Under the pieces are notes generated by a model. The model made no database searches, was not told the DNA's origin, and worked only from the letters and a program-made list of their open reading frames with translations. A DNA stretch of 33,915 bases from a virus (taxonomy: Duplodnaviria > Caudoviricetes): IMG/VR virus record IMGVR_UViG_3300034815_000064, positions 1 through 33,915 of that record; one strand, given 5' to 3'. How positions within the stretch are numbered: position 1 is the first letter of the stretch; each line of letters starts with the position of its first letter. Below are positions 8,299 to 16,450 of the stretch, one piece after another. The position numbers and the translations under genes were made by a program.

Positions 8299-10220
8299 TA
8301 ACCAGTACTCCCCATACCCGGGATCTGCCCCGGTTCGTTAAGATTTGCCGCAGGATTTGCCAAGGGGATTGAGTTCCCCCTTTGCGCATTCTGCAGCGCC
8401 ATACCATCAGGTATTACATTAATGCGGAACTGATTGATGTTTTTCAATCCCGCGAGTTGCGCCACAAAGGCGAAGATCTTTGGAACATCGAAAGACTGTC
8501 CGACCTGCGGCATCTTCTGAATTCCCCCGAGGATTTGCTGCCAAAGGTTTGCCTGCGCGTAACGGTCAACGGGAAGCGTTCCGTCCACTGGGGTAAAGTC
8601 GAAGAACCCGCGAATGTCGTCAGGTGTCACATTCATGTACTTCTCCCCCCACTGAACCTGATCCCCAACGATCCTGTACTTCCGCTCCAGCGAATACATC
8701 TGCTGAGTGAGTTGCGTGAGTTTCTGCGCCCAAGGCGCAAACCCGCAAGCCGACCACCACTCGGCGGTTGTTTTAAGGCGGTTAACGCCGAAGGAAGTTG
8801 AAGTGCGGACTTCCGTGGCGGTCTTGCGGCCTCCCTGATTAACCATCCCCATAATATTGTCAGTGACTCCGGAGACCCGCTGGATCATATCAGCCACCAT
8901 CGCCGAATCCCCGATATGCGAGCGCGTGACGTCTACGCTTTGGAACTGCTTAACAAACGAATCCACGGGTTTGCCGTAGGCCGCTGGCTTCAACCGAATC
9001 AAACGCCCAGGGTTCGGGTCCTCGAGATCCTTCATCACTACCATCGAAGGGTCAACGAGGAACTGGTCATTCAAGGACTTCCGAACATTGTAAAAGTGTG
9101 AGTTGAATAGCCACGTCAGAACCTCGTTCATTGGCTTCGTGATTTCGAGCAGCGATCGATTGAACAGTTCGTACCCACCGATCTCTTGTTCAAGGATGTC
9201 GAAGGGATACATATTGCTCAGAAGGTTCATCGGCTGAGCGGAAACCACGACGCTCTCATTCGCAATCGTAAAGACCCAGCGCTCGGGCCGAACAGACTTC
9301 GTCAGTTCAAAGTCGCGGGGAATCAGCTCGAAGTAAAACTCATGCGTATTCAGGATCGAAGGGGTTTTGCCTGCACCACTTTCAAGCGCGTGAAGAATGT
9401 CCGCGTTCTGAGGCATATTATTACGGGAACTTCCCATGTCCCGCGAACTTGGGTTCTGGGTTGCGGCTGCCTTCGCCTGAGCCACATTAAAGTAAACCCC
9501 GTCGGCCTCCCTTTGAGCAACTTTGTTCCAGCTCAACTGGTCGAACCGGATACAGAATTCGCCTTCCTGGAACCGCATCAACGGAAGCCGGGGGTCGAAG
9601 TAAAAATCCTGCGGCCGGACATTGTAGTGCCGAGCCCCAACATACCCCGGGCTACTCACCGTTTTGAGCTTCCGCTGGGTCTTGCCAGGAACCGCAAGAC
9701 CAAGAAACGTCACCGGCTCGTCCACGTATTCGGAAGACGTGATCGTCTGCTCGTCCCAGTAATGCCCGAGCACCCCATACCCGTACTTCCCCGGATCAAG
9801 CGTCCAGGTGTACAGATTCGGTAGCGCATTGCCGACAGTCAGTTGATAATCAAGCAAGGACTCAATTGCCTGTTCGCCCTGTTGAGCCTCTCCGTGCCGC
9901 CCCTGCATTTGCAGGATTGGGCTTCGGCTGAGAAACACCGAAGTCATATAGGTGTGCGCGGTAAGCAGCGTCGCATAGCTATACGGCACGTCGATAGTCG
10001 TGTACTGCGGTTTCCCCTTTTTCCTTTCTGCCTCTCTCAGCGCATCATTCTCGCTTGTCGGCAGATACGCCTTAAACAAGTCCTCATTCTGCGCCCACTG
10101 GGTTTCGCGGAGGGCGAGGGCACTCTTCCCCATCCGTAGCCGATCCTGAAAGGCCGCAATAATCTTTGTGTGAAGCGGGCTCCCAAACCTGATGTTATAT
10201 ATTCCTACTGCTAAGGGCAT
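8298..10220 (-). CDS. Portal protein
   Basis: 640 aa directly after TerL, with podophage portal motifs (KYGYGV, VRPQDFYFDP, YPF, SGVTDNIMG...KTATEV). Confidence 0.9.
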   Translation of the reverse strand: MPLAVGIYNIRFGSPLHTKIIAAFQDRLRMGKSALALRETQWAQNEDLFKAYLPTSENDALREAERKKGKPQYTTIDVPYSYATLLTAHTYMTSVFLSRSPILQMQGRHGEAQQGEQAIESLLDYQLTVGNALPNLYTWTLDPGKYGYGVLGHYWDEQTITSSEYVDEPVTFLGLAVPGKTQRKLKTVSSPGYVGARHYNVRPQDFYFDPRLPLMRFQEGEFCIRFDQLSWNKVAQREADGVYFNVAQAKAAATQNPSSRDMGSSRNNMPQNADILHALESGAGKTPSILNTHEFYFELIPRDFELTKSVRPERWVFTIANESVVVSAQPMNLLSNMYPFDILEQEIGGYELFNRSLLEITKPMNEVLTWLFNSHFYNVRKSLNDQFLVDPSMVVMKDLEDPNPGRLIRLKPAAYGKPVDSFVKQFQSVDVTRSHIGDSAMVADMIQRVSGVTDNIMGMVNQGGRKTATEVRTSTSFGVNRLKTTAEWWSACGFAPWAQKLTQLTQQMYSLERKYRIVGDQVQWGEKYMNVTPDDIRGFFDFTPVDGTLPVDRYAQANLWQQILGGIQKMPQVGQSFDVPKIFAFVAQLAGLKNINQFRINVIPDGMALQNAQRGNSIPLANPAANLNEPGQIPGMGSTG

Positions 10221-11665
10221 GATCTGAACTCCAATGATTTAACATCTTCTCTGGCCTCTTCCTCTTCGAACTCGCCTTCAATCCAGTCCGCCATGCCCAG
10301 GCTCGCACCGTAGTCGATCCCCATAGACACCGCATCCAGTATATCGTCGTGCTCGCGCGAAAGCGGCGAGTAGGTGTTATATTGCTCGATGAAGCCGAAA
10401 TGCGTAGCCTTTACCAGAAGTCGTCCGTAGCCGGAGGTAGCCCCGATCGCTTGAAGAATTCGATCTGCCTTCCTTCGCCTGTCCTGCACCCGATGCACTG
10501 GCACGAACCGGCGTTGACGCCGCATTTCCTGCTCGATAAAATGTGCCAACACGCGCTGATAAGATATAGACTCGACCACAACGCATAGCGGGCGGTAACG
10601 AGTAATATACTCCATCAGTGTGGCCACCGCAGCTTCGGGCATCTCGCCCTTATTTGCCGTGTACTCCATCAGGTAAACATCGGATTTCCAGAAGCCCAAG
10701 ACCGCAATTACCTGGTCGTCGGCCTCCTTCGAGTCACTCGATGCTGGGTCAATGGTTATGACGTAAGTCATGCCCACTGGGGTTATATCCCAAAAACGCA
10801 GGTTCTCCGGATTAAAACTTGTTCCACCGTCGGGAACGATCTCGCACTCCATCTCCCGCATCCAAAGCCCAAGCTGTCCTCGCCTTATATGGGCTTCCTT
10901 CTCCAACCGCAGCATCTCAGTCGGGAAGCGCGAGGGCCAGGTGGACTCCCCCTTCGCATCAAAGCAACTGAACTTCAGGGAAGCCCACTGGGTGTCCTTC
11001 GTCGTCGTGGAGATTAAATCCTCTTTATTGAGAGGCGTCTGGAGTAAAACCATCTTGGCTTCGGGGCACTCACTGATCGGGGCGAGCGATTTCCCCAGAG
11101 CCCCGAAGAATAGATCTGAAGTTTTTTTTCTCTGCTCGGCGGTGGCCACGGTCTCCTCGTTGTCCGGGTCATCGACCACGATAAGGTCAGGCCGATAATC
11201 ATCAATGTTAACACCGCGAACCTGGCCAGTAATCCCCAGCGCCATAACGCGGATCGGAAACTCATCAACCCCGTGAATGATTTCAATGTCTTCTCCTGCC
11301 CAACGACTGCCCTTCCGAAGCCCGAAAGTCTGGGCCCACCGGGTATTAAACTCAACGTTTTTCTTCAGCCACTCGAGCGACTTTACCGAATGCCCCTGCG
11401 CATTGGAGACGAAAAGGATCGTATGGCTGATCCCGTAGGCAATCCGCTTTGAGGTGAAAAGGCGGAGTTTCGAGGTCTTTGCTCCGCCTCGGTAGATCAT
11501 CACCGAGACATACCGTTGGAAGGAGCCTAGAGTCCTGTCGATCTGGCGGTGGAAGCCAGGAGTCTCTTGCCGCACAGTCTTCGGAAAGAACGTCTTCGCA
11601 TATAGATCGTCGTCGATAGCACAGAGTCTGACGAGTTCCGCCGTGGAGATTTCTTCGTGGCTCAT
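10211..11665 (-). CDS. terL: Terminase large subunit
   Basis: Walker A-like YRGGAKTS, Walker B LIVVDDPD, coupling motif LQTP, and nuclease motifs ITIDPA and HDDILDAVS. Start re-called to 11665 (ATGA overlap). Confidence 0.93.
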   Translation of the reverse strand: MSHEEISTAELVRLCAIDDDLYAKTFFPKTVRQETPGFHRQIDRTLGSFQRYVSVMIYRGGAKTSKLRLFTSKRIAYGISHTILFVSNAQGHSVKSLEWLKKNVEFNTRWAQTFGLRKGSRWAGEDIEIIHGVDEFPIRVMALGITGQVRGVNIDDYRPDLIVVDDPDNEETVATAEQRKKTSDLFFGALGKSLAPISECPEAKMVLLQTPLNKEDLISTTTKDTQWASLKFSCFDAKGESTWPSRFPTEMLRLEKEAHIRRGQLGLWMREMECEIVPDGGTSFNPENLRFWDITPVGMTYVITIDPASSDSKEADDQVIAVLGFWKSDVYLMEYTANKGEMPEAAVATLMEYITRYRPLCVVVESISYQRVLAHFIEQEMRRQRRFVPVHRVQDRRRKADRILQAIGATSGYGRLLVKATHFGFIEQYNTYSPLSREHDDILDAVSMGIDYGASLGMADWIEGEFEEEEAREDVKSLEFRSCP

Positions 11666-12351
11666 ACCTGACCGCCCCGCGCGAGAATCACTGACTTCAC
11701 CGCATTTGCGTAACCTTCGCGATGCCACTCATGCCCGGCGGCAAGGTCAAAGGTACGGTACGAATCCCCCCGTTCGTAGACCTCGTCCTTGAAAGACCTG
11801 CCCGCGGTGTGGTGATTGTGCAGGAATTTATGTTCCTCCAGATACACACACCCTCCGAAGCGGTAGGCGAGTTCGCGCAGATACACATCAATGCCGTTAT
11901 GCCTTGCCTTCGGATACGCCCACCAACCAAGGGCCTTAACTAATTGCCCACTGACGCAAGGGTGTGTCGGTAGGGTACGCCCGTGAATCGAGTCGTCGCA
12001 GAAGGACAGGCCAAACGGCGGCACCGCCGTGGCAAGCGCCTTACCCCATCCCGGAGTCTGCGGTACGATATCCGAGGCCAAAAGTCCGTAGAACCCTTCG
12101 CCTGGAAACATCCGAGTCACCATGTTTATCTTTTCCGCCGTACAGAGATCCCCCGCCGCGACCACTGTCGGCCAGACTGTATGCCTGAGTAAACCCTCAA
12201 GTCCCGCGAGCTCTGGGTCACAGACATCACAGATGGCCACGACACGGGTCTCGGGTTCCGTATCCCAGATTCCCGCACGAAGGGCGCGAAGCCCCTCGAC
12301 CCGGCCCCGTAAGGGTAAAATCCAAATTCCTTCATCAAGTCTCATAGTCAT
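11662..12351 (-). CDS. Glycosyltransferase-like protein (GT-A fold, degenerate DxD)
   Basis: ILPLRGR start, KIN helix, GLLASDIVPQTPGW (ASD in place of the usual xDD), HNGID, YLEE and HNH. This is the pattern of phage GT2-like proteins. Confidence 0.65.
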   Translation of the reverse strand: MTMRLDEGIWILPLRGRVEGLRALRAGIWDTEPETRVVAICDVCDPELAGLEGLLRHTVWPTVVAAGDLCTAEKINMVTRMFPGEGFYGLLASDIVPQTPGWGKALATAVPPFGLSFCDDSIHGRTLPTHPCVSGQLVKALGWWAYPKARHNGIDVYLRELAYRFGGCVYLEEHKFLHNHHTAGRSFKDEVYERGDSYRTFDLAAGHEWHREGYANAVKSVILARGGQV

Positions 12352-12854
12352 GGCCTTAGAATGTGTACTTTAAACTTCCGACTCGGCCGATCCAGTTCCG
12401 AGGCGAGTTCGATAGATTCTGGAAACCTGACCGCCGGGTCGTACCACTTTACAATCTCGCAAGCTTCATACTTCCAAAGTTCCGGCGGGAAGATTCTTTC
12501 CAGCACGGGGGTGTAGAGTTTCCGTACCTGCCACCACGCGTCCGAGGTATGCGAGTACTTTACCTCGAGTACAGTCAGAATTCCGCGCGCGAAGTCCACG
12601 AGTAAACCGTCCGGCTGGCACCAACGCCACTTTTCGCCTCCACTGCCTAAAAAGTGCAGCCACGGGCTCGCTATATAGGTATCAGGAAACTGCGCAAGCA
12701 TGTGCCTTTGCACCTTCCGCTCGTATCTGACACCTTCCGCGCGCCGCCCAGTGTATTTCCGTTGCCGTATGAACGGCGGCGGGGTCAGCGAGAGCCGCGC
12801 GTGGCTGACGGCGCCGGCCTCCGCGAATCCTCTAGCGGGCGGGCAGGAACTCAA
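12348..12854 (-). CDS. PD-(D/E)XK nuclease-like protein
   Basis: G..YE...QPDGLL...VLEVK....AWWQ...LY restriction-endonuclease-fold signature. Likely TTG start at 12854 with GGAGG at 12861-12865. Confidence 0.7.
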   Translation of the reverse strand: MSSCPPARGFAEAGAVSHARLSLTPPPFIRQRKYTGRRAEGVRYERKVQRHMLAQFPDTYIASPWLHFLGSGGEKWRWCQPDGLLVDFARGILTVLEVKYSHTSDAWWQVRKLYTPVLERIFPPELWKYEACEIVKWYDPAVRFPESIELASELDRPSRKFKVHILRP

Positions 12855-13374
12855 CTGTAACCTCCGACTTCGACTGCTCGCCGGCCTGGGGGCCGAGTTC
12901 TGTTGTCTCCTCAAGACTGAGGCGCTGGGCGAAATCCCTTTGCAACTGACGCGCAGCCGCGAGGTCGCCTGACCCGATAATAAATGTATTATTTTGCGTC
13001 AGGGTCGCAGAGGGGGCGGGGTTCCGAGCGGTCGCCGGCCCGTAGCCCATTTTGGATAAAAGCTTATCCGCCGCGTCGAGCACGTATTTCGCATCCTCCG
13101 TTTCCTCGAGTTTTATCGCGAGCTTTTCCAGCGCGATGTCGGCGCACCCCCGAAGTTTATCCGGTATGTCCTGCGCGACCAGCGTGAACACTTCGTTCTG
13201 CCTTTCCGCGAGTTTCGCCTGGAATATATCCGAGTGAATAATGCAGGAAAGCCAGGCCTGAGTATACCCGAAATATGCGGCGCAATCGCGCAGCTTTCTC
13301 TCCGGATTCGCAATCATCCAATTGATCAGGGCCTCGTGCGTGAAGCTTATACTTTGTATCGAAATCGCTGGCAT
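12832..13374 (-). CDS. Terminase small subunit-like HTH protein
   Basis: N-terminal HTH (LRDCAAYFGYTQAWLSCII) followed by helices ending AADKLLSKMGYG. First gene of the packaging operon, with an AAGGAGA RBS. Confidence 0.7.
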   Translation of the reverse strand: MPAISIQSISFTHEALINWMIANPERKLRDCAAYFGYTQAWLSCIIHSDIFQAKLAERQNEVFTLVAQDIPDKLRGCADIALEKLAIKLEETEDAKYVLDAADKLLSKMGYGPATARNPAPSATLTQNNTFIIGSGDLAAARQLQRDFAQRLSLEETTELGPQAGEQSKSEVTVEFLPAR

Positions 13375-13407
13375 GTCTGTTCTCCTTACTCTCTACTCAT
13401 AGCCCGC

Positions 13408-13437
13408 AGTATATGCGCGGGGAGGGGAAGATGTCAA
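13408..13437 (-). promoter_or_regulatory. Sigma70-type promoter of the morphogenesis operon
   Basis: TTGACA (13437-13432), 18 nt, TATACT (13413-13408), upstream of the terS RBS. Confidence 0.75.
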
Positions 13438-13601
13438 GGGGAAGGTGGGGGGCAGGGTAAGTTGTTGGCACATACTCCGGCCATGAATTCCCCAGTTTCT
13501 CTCAGCCCGGTCTGTGGCTATCCCCTAGCGCTGTGGCGCGGTCGTAGGGGGTGGGGTGGGGGTCTGGTAAGCCGTTGATCTAGTTGAAGAAAAAGGAACG
13601 C

Positions 13602-13630
13602 TGGACAAATTAGGCCAGAAGGAATACAAT
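13602..13630 (+). promoter_or_regulatory. Sigma70-type promoter, rightward early
   Basis: TGGACA, 17 nt, TACAAT, preceded by an A-rich UP-like tract. Confidence 0.7.
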
Positions 13631-13803
13631 GATCTTACGGTGAGGGAACGGAACAAGAGCCCCCGCTCCGGGACGGCCCAGAGGATGCGGGCCTGAGGCA
13701 GGGAAACCTGCGCGCGATCTTTAACAAAACGGAGAACACGGTGAAGGAAGGACGGGTGTAAGCACCGATTGGCTTACGGGCAGGATAACTGAAAGGAAGC
13801 ATC

Positions 13804-14313
13804 ATGAGCGTAGATATGGACAAGAAATTTCTGGCGAAAGTCACGCCCTTTGACGCAGACGGCGAAGCCGGGGTGATTCGGTTTGTCTTGGGGAACGGGC
13901 AAGAGGTTGTTGCGGTTCTAAAGGACATGCCGGAGGACATCGTGCAAAGGCTGGTCGTGCATGGGCTGAGTCAGAAGGTTGGCGACTCGGTCGCGGGGCT
14001 GTCGAAGGACAGGCGGTTCGGGGATGCCTATGCGACTATGCAGGACGTGGTTGCGATGTTGGTGGCAGGGAACTGGAACGCCGGACGCGAGGGCGGTTCG
14101 AGCGATCTGGTCGAGGCTTTGGCCAAGCTCAAGAAACTGCCCTTGGAGGACGTCAGGGTTGCGGTTAAGCGCATGGATGAGGAGACTCTGAAGCGCGTGC
14201 TGGCAAATCCGGCGGTTAAGGCGGAAATCGCCAAGATCAAGGCGAAACGGGCGAGCGATGCGGCGAAGGTGTCGCAGGCCTCGGTGGATGAGATCGAGCT
14301 GGATCTGGGTTAA
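13804..14313 (+). CDS. Early protein of unknown function, paralog A
   Basis: 169 aa with an RBS, its own promoter and its own terminator. Clearly homologous to 16451..16966. Confidence 0.85.
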   Translation: MSVDMDKKFLAKVTPFDADGEAGVIRFVLGNGQEVVAVLKDMPEDIVQRLVVHGLSQKVGDSVAGLSKDRRFGDAYATMQDVVAMLVAGNWNAGREGGSSDLVEALAKLKKLPLEDVRVAVKRMDEETLKRVLANPAVKAEIAKIKAKRASDAAKVSQASVDEIELDLG

Positions 14314-14318
14314 AACCG

Positions 14319-14350
14319 AGGGGGATGCCGAGAGGTGTCCCCCTTTTTTC
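14319..14350 (+). terminator. Rho-independent terminator
   Basis: GGGGGATGCC-GAGA-GGTGTCCCCC followed by TTTTTT. Confidence 0.9.
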
Positions 14351-14371
14351 TTCGCCCAGAATTCGCGAGAG

Positions 14372-14580
14372 TCTCGGAGTTGGCACTTCGAGCCGATACC
14401 CCGAGATCCGAGCGGGTGTCCCCGCTAAGGCGGGAGCAAGAAGTCGGGCTGGGGGTTGGCACTTGGAGCTGGGACTTCGAATCCGCCACTCGGAGCGGCG
14501 CACCGCAAAGGGATCTCGGAGTTCGGACTTCGTGCCCGCCCAATGGGCGGTGCGGGGCCTTCGGACTTCGAACTTCGAAC
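14372..14580. repeat. Degenerate heptamer repeat clusters (about YTTCGRA)
   Basis: Examples: tctcgga-gttggca-cttcgag, tctcgga-gttcgga-cttcgtg, cttcgga-cttcgaa-cttcgaa. Direct repeat GTTGGCACTT(C/G)GAGC occurs twice. Confidence 0.65.
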
Positions 14581-14630
14581 CGGTGTCTCCGCCGGTGGCG
14601 GAAAAGGGGGGAGGGCTTGGAGGAATTGCT

Positions 14631-14659
14631 GGGCGGGGTAACTCGGAGTTACTACGCCC
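14631..14659. repeat. 29-bp palindromic element, copy 2
   Basis: GGGCGGGGTAA-CTCGGAG-TTACTACGCCC, overlapping the stop codon of 14652..14972. Confidence 0.85.
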
Positions 14660-14972
14660 GGTTAGTCTCAAGCTCTTTCCTCAACGCGGATACTTCAGCA
14701 AGCAGTTCCTGCTTGTCCGCCTCGAGCCCTCTGATCCTTGCCTGCGCTTTGTCCAGTTCAATAACAATTGCGGCTTTGTGGTATTGCGCTTTACAGCTCG
14801 CAGTACAGAAGACTTTATCCTGTCTCCCTAAGAACTTTCGCTCACACCAAAGGCATACTCCAGGGTGCGAGCCGCGTCCTTGCTTCGTCCTCTCGGCTTC
14901 GAGTCGAAACTGCTCAATCTCGGCAGCGGTGAGGGTGTTAAGGATGGCGGGGGCGTGGGTTTGGTTTGGCAT
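14652..14972 (-). CDS. Zinc finger plus coiled-coil small protein
   Basis: CLWC...FCTASC four-Cys motif followed by heptad-repeat leucines. AGGAGA RBS. It is the only leftward gene in the early region. Confidence 0.75.
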   Translation of the reverse strand: MPNQTHAPAILNTLTAAEIEQFRLEAERTKQGRGSHPGVCLWCERKFLGRQDKVFCTASCKAQYHKAAIVIELDKAQARIRGLEADKQELLAEVSALRKELETNRA

Positions 14973-15024
14973 GGCGCGGGTTCTCCTAGGGGTAAATAGC
15001 CGTAGTTACGGGATGTTTACGGCA

Positions 15025-15053
15025 ACATTACGCCGTACCTACCAGTTAGTCAA
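15025..15053 (-). promoter_or_regulatory. Candidate sigma70 promoter for the zinc-finger gene
   Basis: TTGACT, 17 nt, TAATGT. Confidence 0.5.
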
Positions 15054-15101
15054 GTGTGTGTACGGGGGGCGGCTACGGGCGCCCCATAGTACCATTTCAC
15101 C

Positions 15102-15374
15102 ATTACCCCCTAGTTCTACATATTCCCCCCTAAGTATCCCCCTAAATTGCCCCTTAGTTCTCTAAGTTACACCGGAGGGGCACATGGGGGTATCGTTAAG
15201 GGGTAGACTTAAAGGCCGGAGAAAGAGCCTTAGATAGATAATTATTATTTTTTTTTTTATTCCTCCCTAAAGCTCCCCCTTAGCCCGTCCACATGCCCCT
15301 CTCGTGTAACTTAGGCAACTTAGGGGAAACTGAGGGAGGAACTAAGGGGGGAATACGGAGGATTAGGGGGAATT
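15102..15374. repeat. Large imperfect inverted repeat around an A/T core (candidate origin or terminus region)
   Basis: Arms about 15102-15215 and 15265-15374, including the perfect pair CTAAGTTACAC (15162-15172) / GTGTAACTTAG (15304-15314). The arms are built of CCCCTAA-like and TTAGGGG-like units, and the core contains a long T run. Confidence 0.85.
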
Positions 15375-15379
15375 AGGGG

Positions 15380-15408
15380 TTGACAGTTAAATGGGGAAAT
15401 GGTTAAAT
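15380..15408 (+). promoter_or_regulatory. Candidate sigma70 promoter
   Basis: TTGACA at 15380-15385, but the -10 is weak (TTAAAT at 17 nt). Upstream of the AGGAG RBS of 15445. Confidence 0.45.
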
Positions 15409-15444
15409 GGTTAAACCACCACAACCACACAGGAGCAAACCACT

Positions 15445-15705
15445 ATGCCACGCGCGAGTCAAGACTTTGGAGCATCCCTATGGGATATTGTTTGGAAAGT
15501 AGTAGATACGGGGCAGACAGAGGTGAAGGTTAAGACGCGGAGCGAAGCCCTTGCCCTGAGGAAAGACTTTTACAAATTGCGGGAGGCTCTTTGGGATGAA
15601 GGGAAGCGGGAACTCTTTCACAGGTTACAGATGGTAAAGACCAGAATCGTTTTTAATGAGACGAGTGTTCAGTTAGAATTCACCAGTGCAAAGGAAGGGA
15701 AATAA
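15445..15705 (+). CDS. Hypothetical early protein
   Basis: AGGAG RBS, 86 aa, distantly similar to the next gene. Confidence 0.75.
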   Translation: MPRASQDFGASLWDIVWKVVDTGQTEVKVKTRSEALALRKDFYKLREALWDEGKRELFHRLQMVKTRIVFNETSVQLEFTSAKEGK

Positions 15706-15706
15706 T

Positions 15707-16144
15707 ATGGCGGCCTCGAAAGACCCAGCAGCGTACCCTGCGGCATTTACCATGCTGTTAGTTCACTTTAGAAAGGACAACGCTCCGCCGGTTTTGCAAC
15801 ACTGGCAATTGGCGGCATCCGCCAAGAAAATGCGATTTGTCTTCTATAACTTTAAAAAGGCACTCGAAATTGCGGGCAGGCATGACGACCTGGCCGTAGC
15901 GAATAGTATTGTGGCGAAGGTGGCCGAGGATGCTTATGGGGGAGCGGATCTCGAATTCTCCCTTCGGGATAATGCGGATTTTGCCCTGGATCTGGAAGCC
16001 GCAATCCGAAGGGCCTCTGAAGCGGAACAAGAGGAGAAACCACAAGCAAACGAGACCGCAACGGGTTCGGGCGACCCCGTGGAGGACCTGATTGCGAGGG
16101 AATACTTCGGGGGCGGGGGGAAGAGGAAGGGGTCTGAGAAATGA
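15707..16144 (+). CDS. Hypothetical early protein
   Basis: ATG at 15707, one base after the upstream stop, with a purine-rich RBS (MAASKDPAAYP...). Confidence 0.75.
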   Translation: MAASKDPAAYPAAFTMLLVHFRKDNAPPVLQHWQLAASAKKMRFVFYNFKKALEIAGRHDDLAVANSIVAKVAEDAYGGADLEFSLRDNADFALDLEAAIRRASEAEQEEKPQANETATGSGDPVEDLIAREYFGGGGKRKGSEK

Positions 16145-16344
16145 GGGCCCCATCTACACCGCTGGAGTACCACGAAGGTCGGGACTTCCTTACAACCCGT
16201 CCGGGCAACCTGTCAGGTCTGCGGGGAGACCCGGATTTGGACCTTTACCTTGGAGAAACGGCCAGGGGGCAAGCGGGCGGTACGCCCTGCGGAGCAGTTG
16301 AAGGAAGAGGAAAGAGCCTTGGATTTACCGGGCGGAATAAATAA
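16141..16344 (+). CDS. Possible small hypothetical protein
   Basis: ATGA overlap with the upstream gene. 67 aa of unconvincing composition. Confidence 0.35.
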   Translation: MRAPSTPLEYHEGRDFLTTRPGNLSGLRGDPDLDLYLGETARGQAGGTPCGAVEGRGKSLGFTGRNK

Positions 16345-16359
16345 AGTCCTCCCTCCCCC

Positions 16360-16388
16360 TTGACTCCCTTAGCACAATCCCGTATATT
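16360..16388 (+). promoter_or_regulatory. Sigma70-type promoter
   Basis: TTGACT, 17 nt, TATATT, upstream of 16451. Confidence 0.75.
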
Positions 16389-16450
16389 GAATTCATGGGC
16401 AGTTCACACCGACCTGACCCATATTACCCTAACCCATTAAGGAGATTCAA

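Noticed and set aside
5954-9824. Plus-strand ORFs antisense to the capsid, scaffold and portal genes
   Set aside because: These are shadow frames of GC-rich genes with no motifs. The same applies to the antisense ORFs inside pol and the 31-34 kb gene.
14237-15165. Long overlapping ORFs (14335..15165, 14325..14831, 14237..14671)
   Set aside because: They lack an RBS, cross a terminator and repeats, and have Arg/Gly/Pro-rich shadow composition.
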